A stretch of DNA of 64,000 bases from Eledone cirrhosa. Lineage: Eukaryota. Shown piece after piece: positions 1-11,581 of this stretch. The notes beneath the pieces are model-generated. The model was not told the origin of the DNA and did no database searches. It saw nothing but the letters and a program-made list of their open reading frames with translations. Location of the stretch: positions 111,786,001-111,850,000 of the forward strand of contig OZ024745.1 of the NCBI GenBank assembly GCA_964016885.1. Reading direction: 5' to 3'. The position numbers and the translations under genes are program-made. Within the stretch, counting starts at the first letter, position 1. Each line of letters starts with the position of its first letter.

Positions 1-35
1 GTGATCTAAATCCATGCAAAGTAAGATTGTTAGTG
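1..35 (-). other. Branch point, 3' splice site and first 5 nt of the next exon of the same gene
   Basis: Minus strand CACTAAC (35-29)...TTTAG|ATCAC; branch A about 24 nt from the AG; phase compatible with exon 1859-1929. Confidence 0.55.
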
Positions 36-869
36 GTGACGTTGTCACGCCACTAAAGCTGCAAAGTTGGTTGGTTGCGTCCTTCAGCGAAATTCGAAAA
101 AAAAATATTACTGAAGCCTGTGCTGAAAACTTAAAGCACCAACATTTTCCCCAACATCTAATTAATGAACCTTGGAAGAATAAATGAAATCACTTAACAG
201 TCAAGTCTCAAATTAAAATAAATTATAGTAACCATGTCGAGAAATAGGAATTGAAATAAGTGATAAAATATAAACACACGCGTTGCAAAACAAAATTGAT
301 GTATGCTATATAAAAGAAATTTTTTAGGAATAAATCTTGCATGTTTTATACATTTGAACAGGTCGAATGGTGAGAAATATTCAAAGAAACAATGCTGCCA
401 TAACACATTTACACAAGTAATACAACTTTTCAAAAAATAGTGAATTATCCGAGCAACAATTTAACTAAACATGGAATATACTTCCGGGCTAGAGAAGACA
501 TATATAATTACTAATGTCCTTCACAAGATACTGAAGGCGATAAAATATGGATTGTATCTAGTGTAAAAACTTTTAATGTTCACAGAAATATACCGGAATA
601 AAAATGACAACAACGCTACTTAATTTAAATATTTCAAAATCAAAATTGTTCAAATTTTCACCGAAGCCCAACCATTAACAATTGTTTTAAGTATTTTATT
701 TACCAAAAATATAATTAAAAGAACCTGAAAAAAGAAAACGAGACAATAAATAAATCACCATCATTGTATACGATATTTTTTTTTACCCCCTTTTTTTTTT
801 TATAAGAAATATTTTTGCATCCGGTGTGAGAACACATGTCTAGAAATGAGTATGGATAACGAAACTCAC

Positions 870-982
870 CCACACGAATAATTCCGTCGTTCGTATTCTC
901 AGTCAATAAGGAGAAATAGAAATATTTATTTTAATAAAATCGTTCATCTTTCTTTCAGACAAGAATAACCTTAATAAACTAG
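870..982 (-). other. Candidate poison (PTC) cassette exon, 113 nt
   Basis: Acceptor ctctcatttccttactctacttttcttcag| at 983 and donor GG|GTGAGT at 869. Inclusion after exon 1 reads AG|C TAG, an immediate stop. Contains GAAAGAAAGATGAA. Confidence 0.5.
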
Positions 983-1858
983 CTGAAGAAAAGTAGAGTA
1001 AGGAAATGAGAGGACACGAGTGGTAGGGTGACGTCCATTTTGGAGAGGGAGGCGGTTTGAATTTCGAGAAATATATAAAATAACATTGCCATATGTATGG
1101 TTTAACTGTATACTCAAACAAAATTAAGGACGATGTTACAATGAAACATCCCAGATAGAATTAGGGGGAAACAGTAACACGAAGGCACTAAAATATAATT
1201 TTAAAAAAAAAAGAAAAGAAAAAAAATCAATATTTTACTATAAGAAGACTAGCAACTTGGCGCGTCAGACTGAATGTGGCCACAAAATGAGGGTTCAGCA
1301 CTCCTGAAGGTTCATTTATTACGAACATGTAAATGTAGGTTAATAATTAACAGGAAACGCTGATTGGGTTCGCATAGAATTATGATTGAGCTTCAGTTCA
1401 AGGAATACAATGGCCGACGCTTTGAAGAACGAAGATAAAAATATGTTGCAACTCCACGCAACACATAAAACCTGCTGGAAAGGCCGCCATTGTCGTCATA
1501 CGGCAGGCAACAAACAAGGAGTGGTCACAAAATGGCAGGCTTATTACTACATAGAGAATAACGTTGAGACGATCCCTCACTTCTGGACCATCCTTTTAGG
1601 TACATATATACTTGAAAAGGGCAAAAAATAATCATAGACAAAGAAGATTAAAGAAAATGACAATGCATTTCTTTATAAATGAAAAATGACGACCTATAGT
1701 TTCTTTATTGTGCAGTCGCTAATACGATAATAAGCATACGTGTATGGATAGAATAAACGCCTACTATTTTGTTTGCTTTCATTACACTACAACGAATATA
1801 AAAGATAACAGTGAATGAAATTGTAAAGAATAAGTAATAAATATCATATTTCGTTTAC

Positions 1859-1929
1859 CTGTAACGGTTATTTTCTGCATTTGGCGAACTTGCCCTCGAA
1901 TTTTTTTCACTTTTTTCGCAGTCGGACAT
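1859..1929 (-). CDS. tra2: First coding exon of a probable transformer-2 / SR-like splicing factor (partial; gene continues left of window)
   Basis: Minus strand gcagcgATG at 1929 encodes MSDCEKSEKNSRASSPNAENNRY+AG, then donor AG|GTAAAC at 1858. Splicing to the acceptor at 6-7 gives AGA TCA (R-S). The MSDxExS..SR..SP start resembles Tra2 N-termini from memory; no RRM is visible, so the symbol is tentative. Confidence 0.55.
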
Positions 1930-2260
1930 CGCTGCTGTAGTTGTGACTAAGCCTTTCTCTCACTCTCTCTCTCACTGTCTTGCGTGTGTGTATGAGTGAG
2001 TGAGTCAAACACCGAAGCTACACTCGGTTGTCGCTTTTGAGAAAAGTGGTAGCAGGCGGAGTAGACTGTATTATAGAAGTCGGAGAATAACGTGTAGTAA
2101 GAGAAGAAGTAGGAGGGAGAGGAGGAGGCGGAAGCGAAATGAAACGGTCGCGAAGATAGAAAGTGAGTCAGAGAGAGGAGACGGAAGAATAAACACACGG
2201 TTGTGAAGGAGGAGAGAGAGAAGTATACAAGAAGGGGGAAAAGAGTAAGAGAGAGCATTA
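1930..2260 (-). promoter_or_regulatory. 5' UTR and proximal promoter of the minus-strand gene
   Basis: CpG-enriched, pyrimidine-rich leader on the minus strand; GCGGAAG (ETS-like) near 2128; TGAGTCA at about 2001 and 2164; no transposon relics in 1-2900. Confidence 0.45.
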
Positions 2261-3933
2261 AATATATATAAAGAGAATAGGGAGGGAAAGATGGAGAAAA
2301 AAAAATGTATTTCTTGTCAAGAAGTGAAGAGAGGGAAATATTTGAAAAGTGGTGGGCGGTTCAAATAGTATTCGTTTAATGCTAGAGAAAGAACAAGAGG
2401 TGGAGGTAGAGATAACAATGACGAAACTGAAGGCGGAAGAGTAGGAGGACAATCTAAGAGAGTTGTTTAAAGATGTCGGTCTGTTTTATTTTTTTTAATG
2501 TCTTTGGAAAACGTAGAGAAAAAAACTTCAATGAATTCTAAAAATAAATGGATTAAATTCACCTCACTACAACTTTAATATTACAAATATATACATGAAA
2601 GAAAAGAAAAGTAATTAATGTGTATCGTCCGGTTTAAAATTTGAGGGAAAAAAAATTGGAAAAATCCCTCTCCGAAGATAGACGTTAACGGCGGGGAGAT
2701 AATTCTCCAGTTCTCCATTGCTCAATTAAACTAGCAACCATGCCAACGATTATTACAATGGAGTCCCACTCAACTTCAATGTCACACTTATCTTCCTCAT
2801 CTCTCACTTCGTGTATATATATATCTGTATAAATGTGTGTGTATATATATATGTGTGTGTGTGTGTGCATATATATACACACACACATATATATATTACA
2901 TATTTAATATGCATATACTCCTTACAATGAAATCTGTTACTATATACTATATCTTCTTCAAATCAACTTTTTTTTACTTTCTATTGTACCGCAATTAGAT
3001 ACAATATAATAATTTTCAACAATTAATTTCTTTATTATCAATTATTATTATGAGTTGATAGTTTATACTAATAAAAAAGAAAAGCCAGTTGCTATATATA
3101 TATACATACATATGTGTGTGTATATATATTATATGTCCCCCCCCAAAATGTATACATGCTTCAATAGCATTCTAATTGCCTGTACAGGTAATCGGTGTGT
3201 ATACATTTTTTTTGGGGGGGGGGGGGGGGGGGGCAGTATATATATATATATAGACACACATACACACACGTGTGAATGTTTACTATAAATGACCTGGTAA
3301 TTTATTAATAAGAGCAACCTGCTGATCATTAATATTTCAATTGATTTGTTAGATCAGAGCAAAGAGGGAATGTTTCTATGACATACTATTTACCGATGGC
3401 AAAAGGTGAGATTTGAACTCGGAACGGACAGAGCTGAGTTAAATACCGCAAAGCATTCTATCCGACTCTTTAACAATTTCGCCGTTCCAATAACTCCTAG
3501 AATTGTACTTTACTTATCGTCCTCGAAAAGTTCGAAAGACAAAGTTGATATCGGAATGATTTGAGCTCAGAGCGAGTGAACCGGAACAAATAGAGAAGAG
3601 GTATTTGATCCGATGCCCTAACGACTCTATAAATAGGCATATATGTGTTTCTATGAGGTTTTCTATTTTTCCTAATTTGTTGTATTGTGGAACATCTTTT
3701 GACGGTTTTCATAGCGTATCACTTTTACAATGTGAAGAGATTGTTAACCTTCACTCACACTTCTTCATTTCTGGAGAAAGGAACGCTGTTGGAAAGTCGC
3801 TGGTTGCGATCACTTTGGAGCGATACCTTCCAGATAGGAATAAACGGTTGACGATATGACAATACTTTTGGTGTTTTGGACCCACTGATTTTGATTACAA
3901 TAACCATTATCCGTGGTTGTAATAAGATGCTTA

Positions 3934-3978
<45 letters not shown>

Positions 3979-3979
<1 letters not shown>

Positions 3980-4308
3980 CCAAAGATTAATATGGTTCGT
4001 TTATTATTCAACGAATACAATTTTACAATAGATTAGAAACACTCGACAAGAGATTTTCCTGGAGTATTTTATATTATTCAAAATATTAATAAATGAAAAA
4101 TATTCTCATAATCAAAATATATATTTTATTATACATATTTCAAAGGTACAATGGTGTTTAAGTATATTTTCATCAGACAAAATATATGATTTGATATATG
4201 ACATACCGCTACGGTACTTAAACACCATTGTACCTTTGAAATATGTATAACAAAATATATATTTTGATTATGAGAATATTTTTTATTTATTAACATTTTG
4301 AATAATAT
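3979..4308 (-). mobile_element. Non-coding Penelope-type pLTR fragment with fold-back and hammerhead motif
   Basis: Next to (TA)n; inverted arms 4071-4164 and 4215-4308; CTGATGA...GAAA motif on the minus strand at 4124-4182. Confidence 0.55.
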
Positions 4309-4389
4309 CATCATCATCATTTTACGTCCGTTTTTCCCTGCTTGCAAGGATGGGACGGGAACTGATTCTGACTTATATATATATATAAG

Positions 4390-5025
4390 TGGTTAGTTTG
4401 GTCGGTTGGAAGTGACTACATATATATATGTGGTCACTTCCAACCGACCAAATCAACCACAGGATGTCAAATGCTATGTGGGTATGGCGGAGGGCCGATT
4501 TAAGGAACGCTTCCTGAACCACCAGTCGACCTTTAGGTACCTGGACAGACGTTCATCCACGAAACTCGCGAGCCACGTATGGTCCCTCAAGGACTCGAGT
4601 ATAGACTACTCCATTCAATGGAAAGCCATCACTAAGTCCAAGCCATACGCAAGGGGCAATCCGTCGTGTGGACTATGTATTGATGAACGAATAAATACTC
4701 TAAAGAGATTATGCAATAGCGGTTGCCTAAACTCAAGAAATGAATTCTTCACACATTGTCCACACGTCTGGAAACACCTCTTACATAACTACAAAGCTCC
4801 GGATTAAATTACAACAACATCCTAATTTTCTTAACTAGAAACTTTCGGACTTTCGCAGTTATCTCCTTTACATCTCTCGCACGCAATTTAGTATTGCCTG
4901 AAAGAAGTGACCGTTTCTGCGCATCCGCGTTCATACGGTTGTCCTTCCTGTTCCGTATAACCATGTCCATTACGAGCTGAGGAAACAATTGTTCTCGGTA
5001 TGGTGAACTAACTGTTGTGTAAGCA
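4390..5025 (+). mobile_element. 5'-truncated Penelope-like element (Naiad-like GIY-YIG endonuclease) with 3' pLTR
   Basis: ORF 4406-4807 has CYVGMAEGRFKERFLNH...TKLASHVWSLK...IQW...CGLCIDER...LNSRNE...CPH; ~30 bp inverted duplication at the 5' end (4390-4460); sister copy at 28.0-28.6 kb. Confidence 0.85.
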
Positions 5026-5587
5026 TTTCTATATATATATGTGTGTGTGTGTGTAAAAGGTAAACAGAAATAGCAACACAATCGGTACAGTATACGGAAG
5101 GGATATATTAGGTTTATGTTTGAAATAGCAGGAAGAAGGTCTTAACGTTTCGGACGTTCAGAAGAAAGAATGAAAAATGAGAAATAAAGTAGATTGAAGG
5201 GACGGGCGGGGTGGAATTGGAAAAAATGTCTTTAGATAAAAATAACAGGCACATTTATGTTGACATCTCTTATATATTAATAAAAGATCGGAGACCATAT
5301 TCAGTTGATTCAGGTTTATTTAAAACTCCATTATATATATTTCACTGAGGATTATCAGTTATGATAGCCTGAGCTCTTCAGACGGCAAAACCTAAAATAA
5401 ATATTAAAAGTTCCTAAGAAACCTTTAAATTTGGAAAAATCCAATAATTTCCCTGAAAAAAATTTACTTTTTGTGATATATGTATATACGGTGGAGATGA
5501 TGAAGGACCGTGACAAGTGGAGAGAATCTGTGCTGAATAGGACCCATCCCACCCTTGCAAGCAGACGTAAGATGATGATATATATAA

Positions 5588-5865
5588 TTAGAATTTGGTT
5601 TTTCGCTTTAGCATAGCGGATACATAAATGTAATCATCAGTTTTATATTGAATAATAATAATGATATTTGATTCGTTTGCAAGCAAACAGCCTCATTACG
5701 CTATGTTTGTGCCACCACTAGAACAAAAGGATCATGATAGTCATCTAAAAAACATAGCAAAATGAGGTTTGTTTGCTTGCAAACAAATCAAGTATTACTA
5801 TTATTCAATATAAAACGAGTGCAATTATGTATCTGCTATGTTAGAGCGAAACTAATTGTGTTTTT
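5588..5865. repeat. Fold-back with decayed hammerhead-like motif
   Basis: Arms about 5600-5708 and 5750-5851; minus arm reads ataaaaCTGATGA...taaagcGAAA; partial direct copy at about 6045-6140. Confidence 0.5.
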
Positions 5866-6211
5866 AGTTTTCGGCAAAGCCAGCCGAAAAATTGCTTGGT
5901 ATGCAAGTTAGGCTAATCAACCGATGTATTCTTTAGAGAATACTGTAAATTCTCAAGAGTTCTAGTGTGTGACAGAGAAGAGAGATACACAATCTTGATA
6001 AAGGGCCATAACCCAGAAACAATATTGTCAAATGTTTCTCTCAGTCACCACTAGAACAAAAGGACGACTATGGCCGTCTAAAACACAGCATCATGAAACT
6101 GTTTGTAAATGAATCCAATATTGTTATTCGATATAAAATTCACAAATGCTTCATTATGGATATTGCAGAAATATTTGAGAGAAGGCAAACTCTGAGAGCA
6201 AAGAACAAATC

Positions 6212-6512
6212 TTTGCCCACTTATTCCTGAGAGGGTCGTGGGGGCAGAGTCCTCAAACACTCCTTCCAGCGAGTCCTGTCAGAAGCAAAAATATCCAACT
6301 GATCCGGATAGATCCCCAAGCGAGACCAGCCAAGCTCATGGATGTTATCCAGCCATCTTGCATGAGGTCTACCCCTGGTCTCCTGCTCATAAAATCTGTC
6401 CAGTGATTCTTTCCTGAGACATTCTATTGATAGAATACATAGCTCGGAGATCAGAGAGTCACTCAAGGTTATGCCACTACTTCTCCAAATTGAGAGATCA
6501 CAGATACTATTG
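6212..6512 (-). mobile_element. RTE LINE 3' end with inverted 5' segment and 14-bp TSD
   Basis: Minus strand RMSQERITGQIL...RGRPHARWLDNIHELGWSRLG...RPSQE*; plus strand 6437-6510 HSSEIRESLKVMPLLLQIERSQ; GCAAAGAACAAATC at 6198-6211 and 6513-6526. Confidence 0.8.
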
Positions 6513-7156
6513 GCAAAGAACAAATCCCCAACAAAATAGTTGCTAGAGTATTAGAGTTACACCCAGCTTTTATGGTGGATACATGAATAACAAAAGGGAA
6601 AGTGGTGCTACAGTACGACGCAAAAGAACTCAGATATTCCTTGAAAGCATTAAGGTTATTTGGCTCCACTAGAAAGAGCAATATTGTTGGAAGGGAGGGA
6701 ATGCCCCATGATACAAGCTGTATATATGTATAAATATTTATGAGTGTTATAGTTTACTTGAAGCATTGTGGAATATAAAAATTGATTCTGTTTAGGAAGC
6801 TGCTACAATGCAGATGGGGTTGCAAATATTCAGGAAACTCATTCAAGTGAAGAAAAGGAGAGGTGAGGTAGAGTGTGCCTCTGGGTGGCTCACATTTGAA
6901 TTAGGCACAAAATAGCCCTCTCCAGCATTTGAAGTTTCCTTCAGGCTCCTTGACAATGGATGGTACATCCCAAATATAGGGACCAATAAATATTTCCAAG
7001 GTAACATTATCTGGTTCTTTCTTTTTCTTTTCTCTTCCTCTTCTCCACACAACCTCACTTGTCTTTTTCTTCACCCAAGTGTATTACCTGAATATTGACA
7101 ACGCCATCTGCATTGTAGTGGCTTCCTAAACACAACAAATATATATATATATATAC

Positions 7157-7235
7157 ACAAGATGTCCCAAAAAATGTATACATACTTCAACAGCATTCTA
7201 ATAAATATGTGTATACATTTTGGGGGGACATCCTG
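7157..7235. mobile_element. Very small Tc1/mariner-type MITE
   Basis: TIRs caagatgtcccaaaaaatgtataca / tgtatacattttggggggacatcctg; related copy at about 3133-3235. Confidence 0.5.
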
Positions 7236-7784
7236 TTTATACAACAAAAGTAAGAAGTAACCATATGGTTGTAACAAATATATACAAATACGCATGTATA
7301 TGAAGATTTATAGACACACACACATCTATTATGACACATACATATGTTTATATATCCTTTTCTATATATCTTTTAATGTCTAATAATATCTAAGAAAAAA
7401 TACACCTTCAGTTACTTGAAGAGAAATTGCATTTGAGAGGATTTAAGCTCAATATGTTTATGCAATTACAGATAGAAATATAATAAAGAGAATTTTAAGG
7501 TTAGAAGAAAAGTTGCAATTTTAACATAGATCATATGAAACAAATTAAGATGACAGAAAGAAGTTTTTAAATCATTTAATCTTTAAAATTGTTTCAACAC
7601 AAAGTTTTCTTTCAAACACAACGAGGAAAAATGTAATCCATAATAATAATAGTAATGATAATATAATAAATATAATAAAAACAAGAGGAATAATATTTAT
7701 ACTTTTCGCTAGTTTGTGTTTTAAAAAATACTTGTATCTCCTTAGAAGATTAAACATCTGAGTAAGCTAGTCACCACTGGTATA

Positions 7785-8150
7785 TTTCATCATAATCGCC
7801 ATTTAACATCCATTTTTCCACGCTAGCATGGGTTAGACAAGTCAAATCAGATGACTATATCTTGCTTATACAGAACTGTTTCTGGCTTGGTTTCTACTGC
7901 TGGATGCCCTTCCTAACACCAACTACATTTACAGTGTGGAGACTAGGTACTTTTTATTGTGGCACCAAAACGACCACTTTACAGTGTGGGCTGGGTGCTT
8001 TTAGTCATGACACCAGGACAACCACTTAACAGTGTGGATTGAGTTCTTTTTGTCATGTCACTAATATGACTACTTCAACATGTTGTGTTGTGTCACCAAA
8101 ATGACCACTTTATAGTGTTGGCTGGGCACTTTTTGTCATGTCACCAAATA
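7785..8150 (-). mobile_element. RTE-derived 3' tail with tandemly expanded ~54 bp unit
   Basis: Repeats of accactttacagtgtgggctgggtgcttt...gtggcacca; matches RTE 3' UTR at 49100-49340. Confidence 0.7.
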
Positions 8151-8896
8151 TATATATATGTATATCATCATCATCATTGTCGTTTTAATGCCCGCTTTCC
8201 TTACTAAAACTACTTAACAGTTTGTCTTGTTTACACTCTTTATTTTCGATTTTTTTTCTTTACTTGGACTCCTTTATTTTTGTATCTCCTTTGTGATCCT
8301 GTCTCTAATTTTGTACTCCTGAAGAAGGGCTAAAGCTCAACATGTTGAACTTTCTTTCCAATTTTCCATATAAAGCGTGAAACTAGTAAAACTTTTTGTA
8401 CCTCTGTTTGTTGTCTTCTTGAACTATATATATATATATATATCAATGTGGACTGGCTTACTCAGATTGGAATTGCAACAGATCAAAAATACATACAATG
8501 CTCCCAAACTTTACACATCTTCACTTATTATTCAACTTGTTCATTATGCCAGGGCTCAATTTTATGAGCTCAATCGACTAGGATTAAATTTTCTTTCTAT
8601 AACATTATAAAATTGTAACAAACCTATATTTATTTGAAAAATAATAAATTAATAACATTAGAGATTATTTTATACAGAATAGTTTGGGTAGGAATTTGGC
8701 GGACAGCCTTTTGCTAGTCAAAAATGAATATACTGTTCTGAGTTATTGTTGGGTTGAAATAATTCAGAACACTAAGAATGGATCTTGTACATAATGATAG
8801 GTATTTTTCTTAACTCATCAACCTCCATGTCATCTCACATACTAGATCGGTCATTATTCTTGCATACAAAGAAATAGAAATCATCCTACATGATTA

Positions 8897-9102
8897 AATA
8901 ATTGTTTCTACTTTAGGCACAAGGCCAGCAATTTGAAGGGAAGGGGAAAGTCGATTAAATTGACCCTAGTGCTTACTGGTACTTTATTTTATCGACCTCG
9001 TAAGGATGAAAAGCAAAGCTAACCTTGGCAGGATTTCAAGGGCCATAACTATATGCTATGAAACATGGTGTCCAAAGCTCTACTGATACTGCCAATCCAC
9101 CT
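8897..9102 (-). mobile_element. tRNA-derived SINE (family A)
   Basis: Matches 62834-63017. Confidence 0.8.
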
Positions 9103-9344
9103 CACTATTAAATAATCCTAGTAAATTATGATTATGTTATCTGGGTAAAAAAGAAGTGAAATACCCCATTTGATGTAAGTATGGGCTCAACCAACTCAGC
9201 AGAAATAAATGATTTGTTTGAACCTATATACCATGGTGAATTATACAGGGGTGTTTATTTGGGAACTTCAGCCTATAGGCGACAGATAGATTAAGGAAAA
9301 ACACATTATTTTATTGCTTTAGTCTTACTATAATACTTGAAACA

Positions 9345-10050
9345 AACCTCTCCACTATCAGTTTCTTAGATGTAATTCTTAATCTTAACAACTCATTGCA
9401 CTATCCATTTTGTAAAGCCAATTAAACATCCAATTTACATCTATAAGCACTCAAACCACTCAAAAAGCATCATATACTGCTTAGTACATCTCATGCGGAC
9501 TGTAAACTTTCAGCTAACAAGATGCTTCTGTATACTATAATGAGGTCCTCTCACTAAGTGGATTTACAGAGAAAATAAAATATATAGAAAAACAATAGAA
9601 CCAGGCTAAAAATAGAATGAGGAATAGGAATAAAAATATTACCTATTTTTATCTCACAGTAGTCATTCAGTGGTGAAATATATTCTTCAAAGTAATTCGG
9701 AAATACTTTACACCTCAACATAGATACAACCAAATATTTATAAACTATGTTACTCAACCACTTCAAACTTTGTGCAAACCTTAATTTGTTATAACCTTTC
9801 TAAGCCAAATCAAGCCAAAACACAAGCACCTACTAGCAACTGCAACTATTACAACTCAAATACATATCAACATAAATCTAAATGCCTAGAAAAATATACA
9901 GGTTACTAACACTATGTGCAAACTAACCAATCTTCTGAAAAATAAATAGGTTTGATCTCCAATACCTTTAAAGGATTTAACTACCAGCACAACCATACAT
10001 TTAAAATCTTTAGTAGGAAATATGATACAGCATTATCAAACTACATAGAC
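9345..10050 (+). mobile_element. Highly decayed Naiad-like Penelope RT/EN remnant
   Basis: Frame-broken peptides ISFLDVILNL..YPFCKAN, PIYIYKHSNH, IGLISNTFK...H..TF...TALSNYI. Confidence 0.6.
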
Positions 10051-10059
10051 CAAAGAAGA

Positions 10060-10490
10060 TCCGGGATGAGGTGATAAAAGCCGACCTTACCCAATTGCAC
10101 CTCTCAAGGGCGATGACACATAACCGTGAATTCTAGCATCATGCAGTAATACAGAGGACCCGACTTCCCACGGGTACAAGCCAAAGCTGAAGCATATAGA
10201 CAATATGCCCCCAAACCCTCCCACTGCAAGGTGGTCGTGGAGGTGCCACGGCAAAAAAGCACCCAGCCCACACTGTAAAGTGGACGTGTAGGCACCACGG
10301 AAAAAAAACACCCAGCACTCACTGTAAATGAGGTTGGTGTAAGGAAGGGCATCCAGCTGTAGAAATTAAGCCAGAATCAGTTCCCGTATGAGCAAGATAA
10401 GGTCAGCCGACTGGACACTGCCCATAACAGGACAACCTGTCTAACCCATGCTAGCGTGAAAGAACGGACGTAAAATGGTGATGATGATGA
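10060..10490 (+). mobile_element. RTE LINE 3' end (family B) with (GAT)n tail
   Basis: DEVIKADLTQLHLS; near-identical to 48925-49346. Confidence 0.85.
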
Positions 10491-10506
10491 CACACACATA
10501 TATATA

Positions 10507-10850
10507 TACAAGGTCTGTCGAAAAAATATCTGACCTGAAGATGAGAAAAAAATTACGTACTTGGTGGTGTTCAATTGCTAATCCACTTTGAAGTATGTCC
10601 TTTGTGCCTCCACACACTTAACCCAGTGATTCTTCTACCATTGGAAGTATGTTTGGAATGTTTCTTCTGGAGTGGTTCTCAGCCCAACTGTTGCAGTCTA
10701 CATGTTGTCCTCTCAGCTCTCAAAGTGGGAGCCTTTCAGTGGCACCTTCATTTTAGGGAACAACTATAATTCAGAAGGAGCCATGTCTGGAGAGTAGGAA
10801 GCCTAGCAAGTCAGCAAAATGTCTTCCTTTGCCAAATTTAGATCAGTTGC
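10507..10850 (-). mobile_element. mariner transposase C-terminal remnant with 3' TIR
   Basis: Minus strand YSPDMAPSEL*LFPKMKVPLKGSHF...W*KNHWVKCVEAQRTYF; TA-flanked end tacaaggtctgtcgaaaa. Confidence 0.8.
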
Positions 10851-11544
10851 AACACATGAGATGAAGCATGACACCTTCACAACTACATCATGAGTAAATA
10901 TTATCAATCTTATCAACCAATTGAATATCACAAATACATATCACATGCAGTTAAGAATTTTGCTTTGCAATCACATATTTCCGAGTTCTTTCCCACTGCA
11001 ATGTAACTTGAGCAAGAGTCATTCACATATTGAAACCTTAAGTCAACCAAAGACTTGCTAGTGAAATGTGTATATGTGTATTAGAAATGGTATTTCAAAT
11101 TGCACCATACTCTGTCTTAATATTAGAAATAGGAAAGACACATTGGACAAGGTCATTGCAGATATATTAAAAAGACAGGATGGATATAGCTAGAGCACCT
11201 TTGGGCAATACATGTGTTCAAGGGTTAAACAGCATTAAACATCTAAAACAATAGTGTTTTGGCTGAGGTAGGGTTAGATCTAACATACCATATAACTTAC
11301 ACTGTTTGGTTCTTGAATGGTAGAACTAAAACACTGCCCAGTCTATTGCCACCAACTTAATCCTTGAACAACTTTGAAGGAGCTAAATCTGTTGTAAATA
11401 TATGGACCAGACAAATCTTTCACCCACCATGTCCATATTTATCATGCAGATGCTAAACTAGGTATTCATTTCTTCAATTCCATCCACAAGTCAAGGAGAT
11501 TGGGAAAATGTCATGGGTACTGTTTCTTTTCCTCTGACAAACTT

Positions 11545-11581
<37 letters not shown>

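Noticed and set aside
2379-2485. First exon of a divergent plus-strand gene
   Set aside because: Short ORFs, weak donor (GTCTGT), no linked downstream coding exons identified
4406-5025. Selenoprotein/SECIS, reported for some Naiad elements
   Set aside because: Cys positions use TGT/TGC, there is no in-frame TGA, and I see no AUGA..AA..GA SECIS in the 3' UTR
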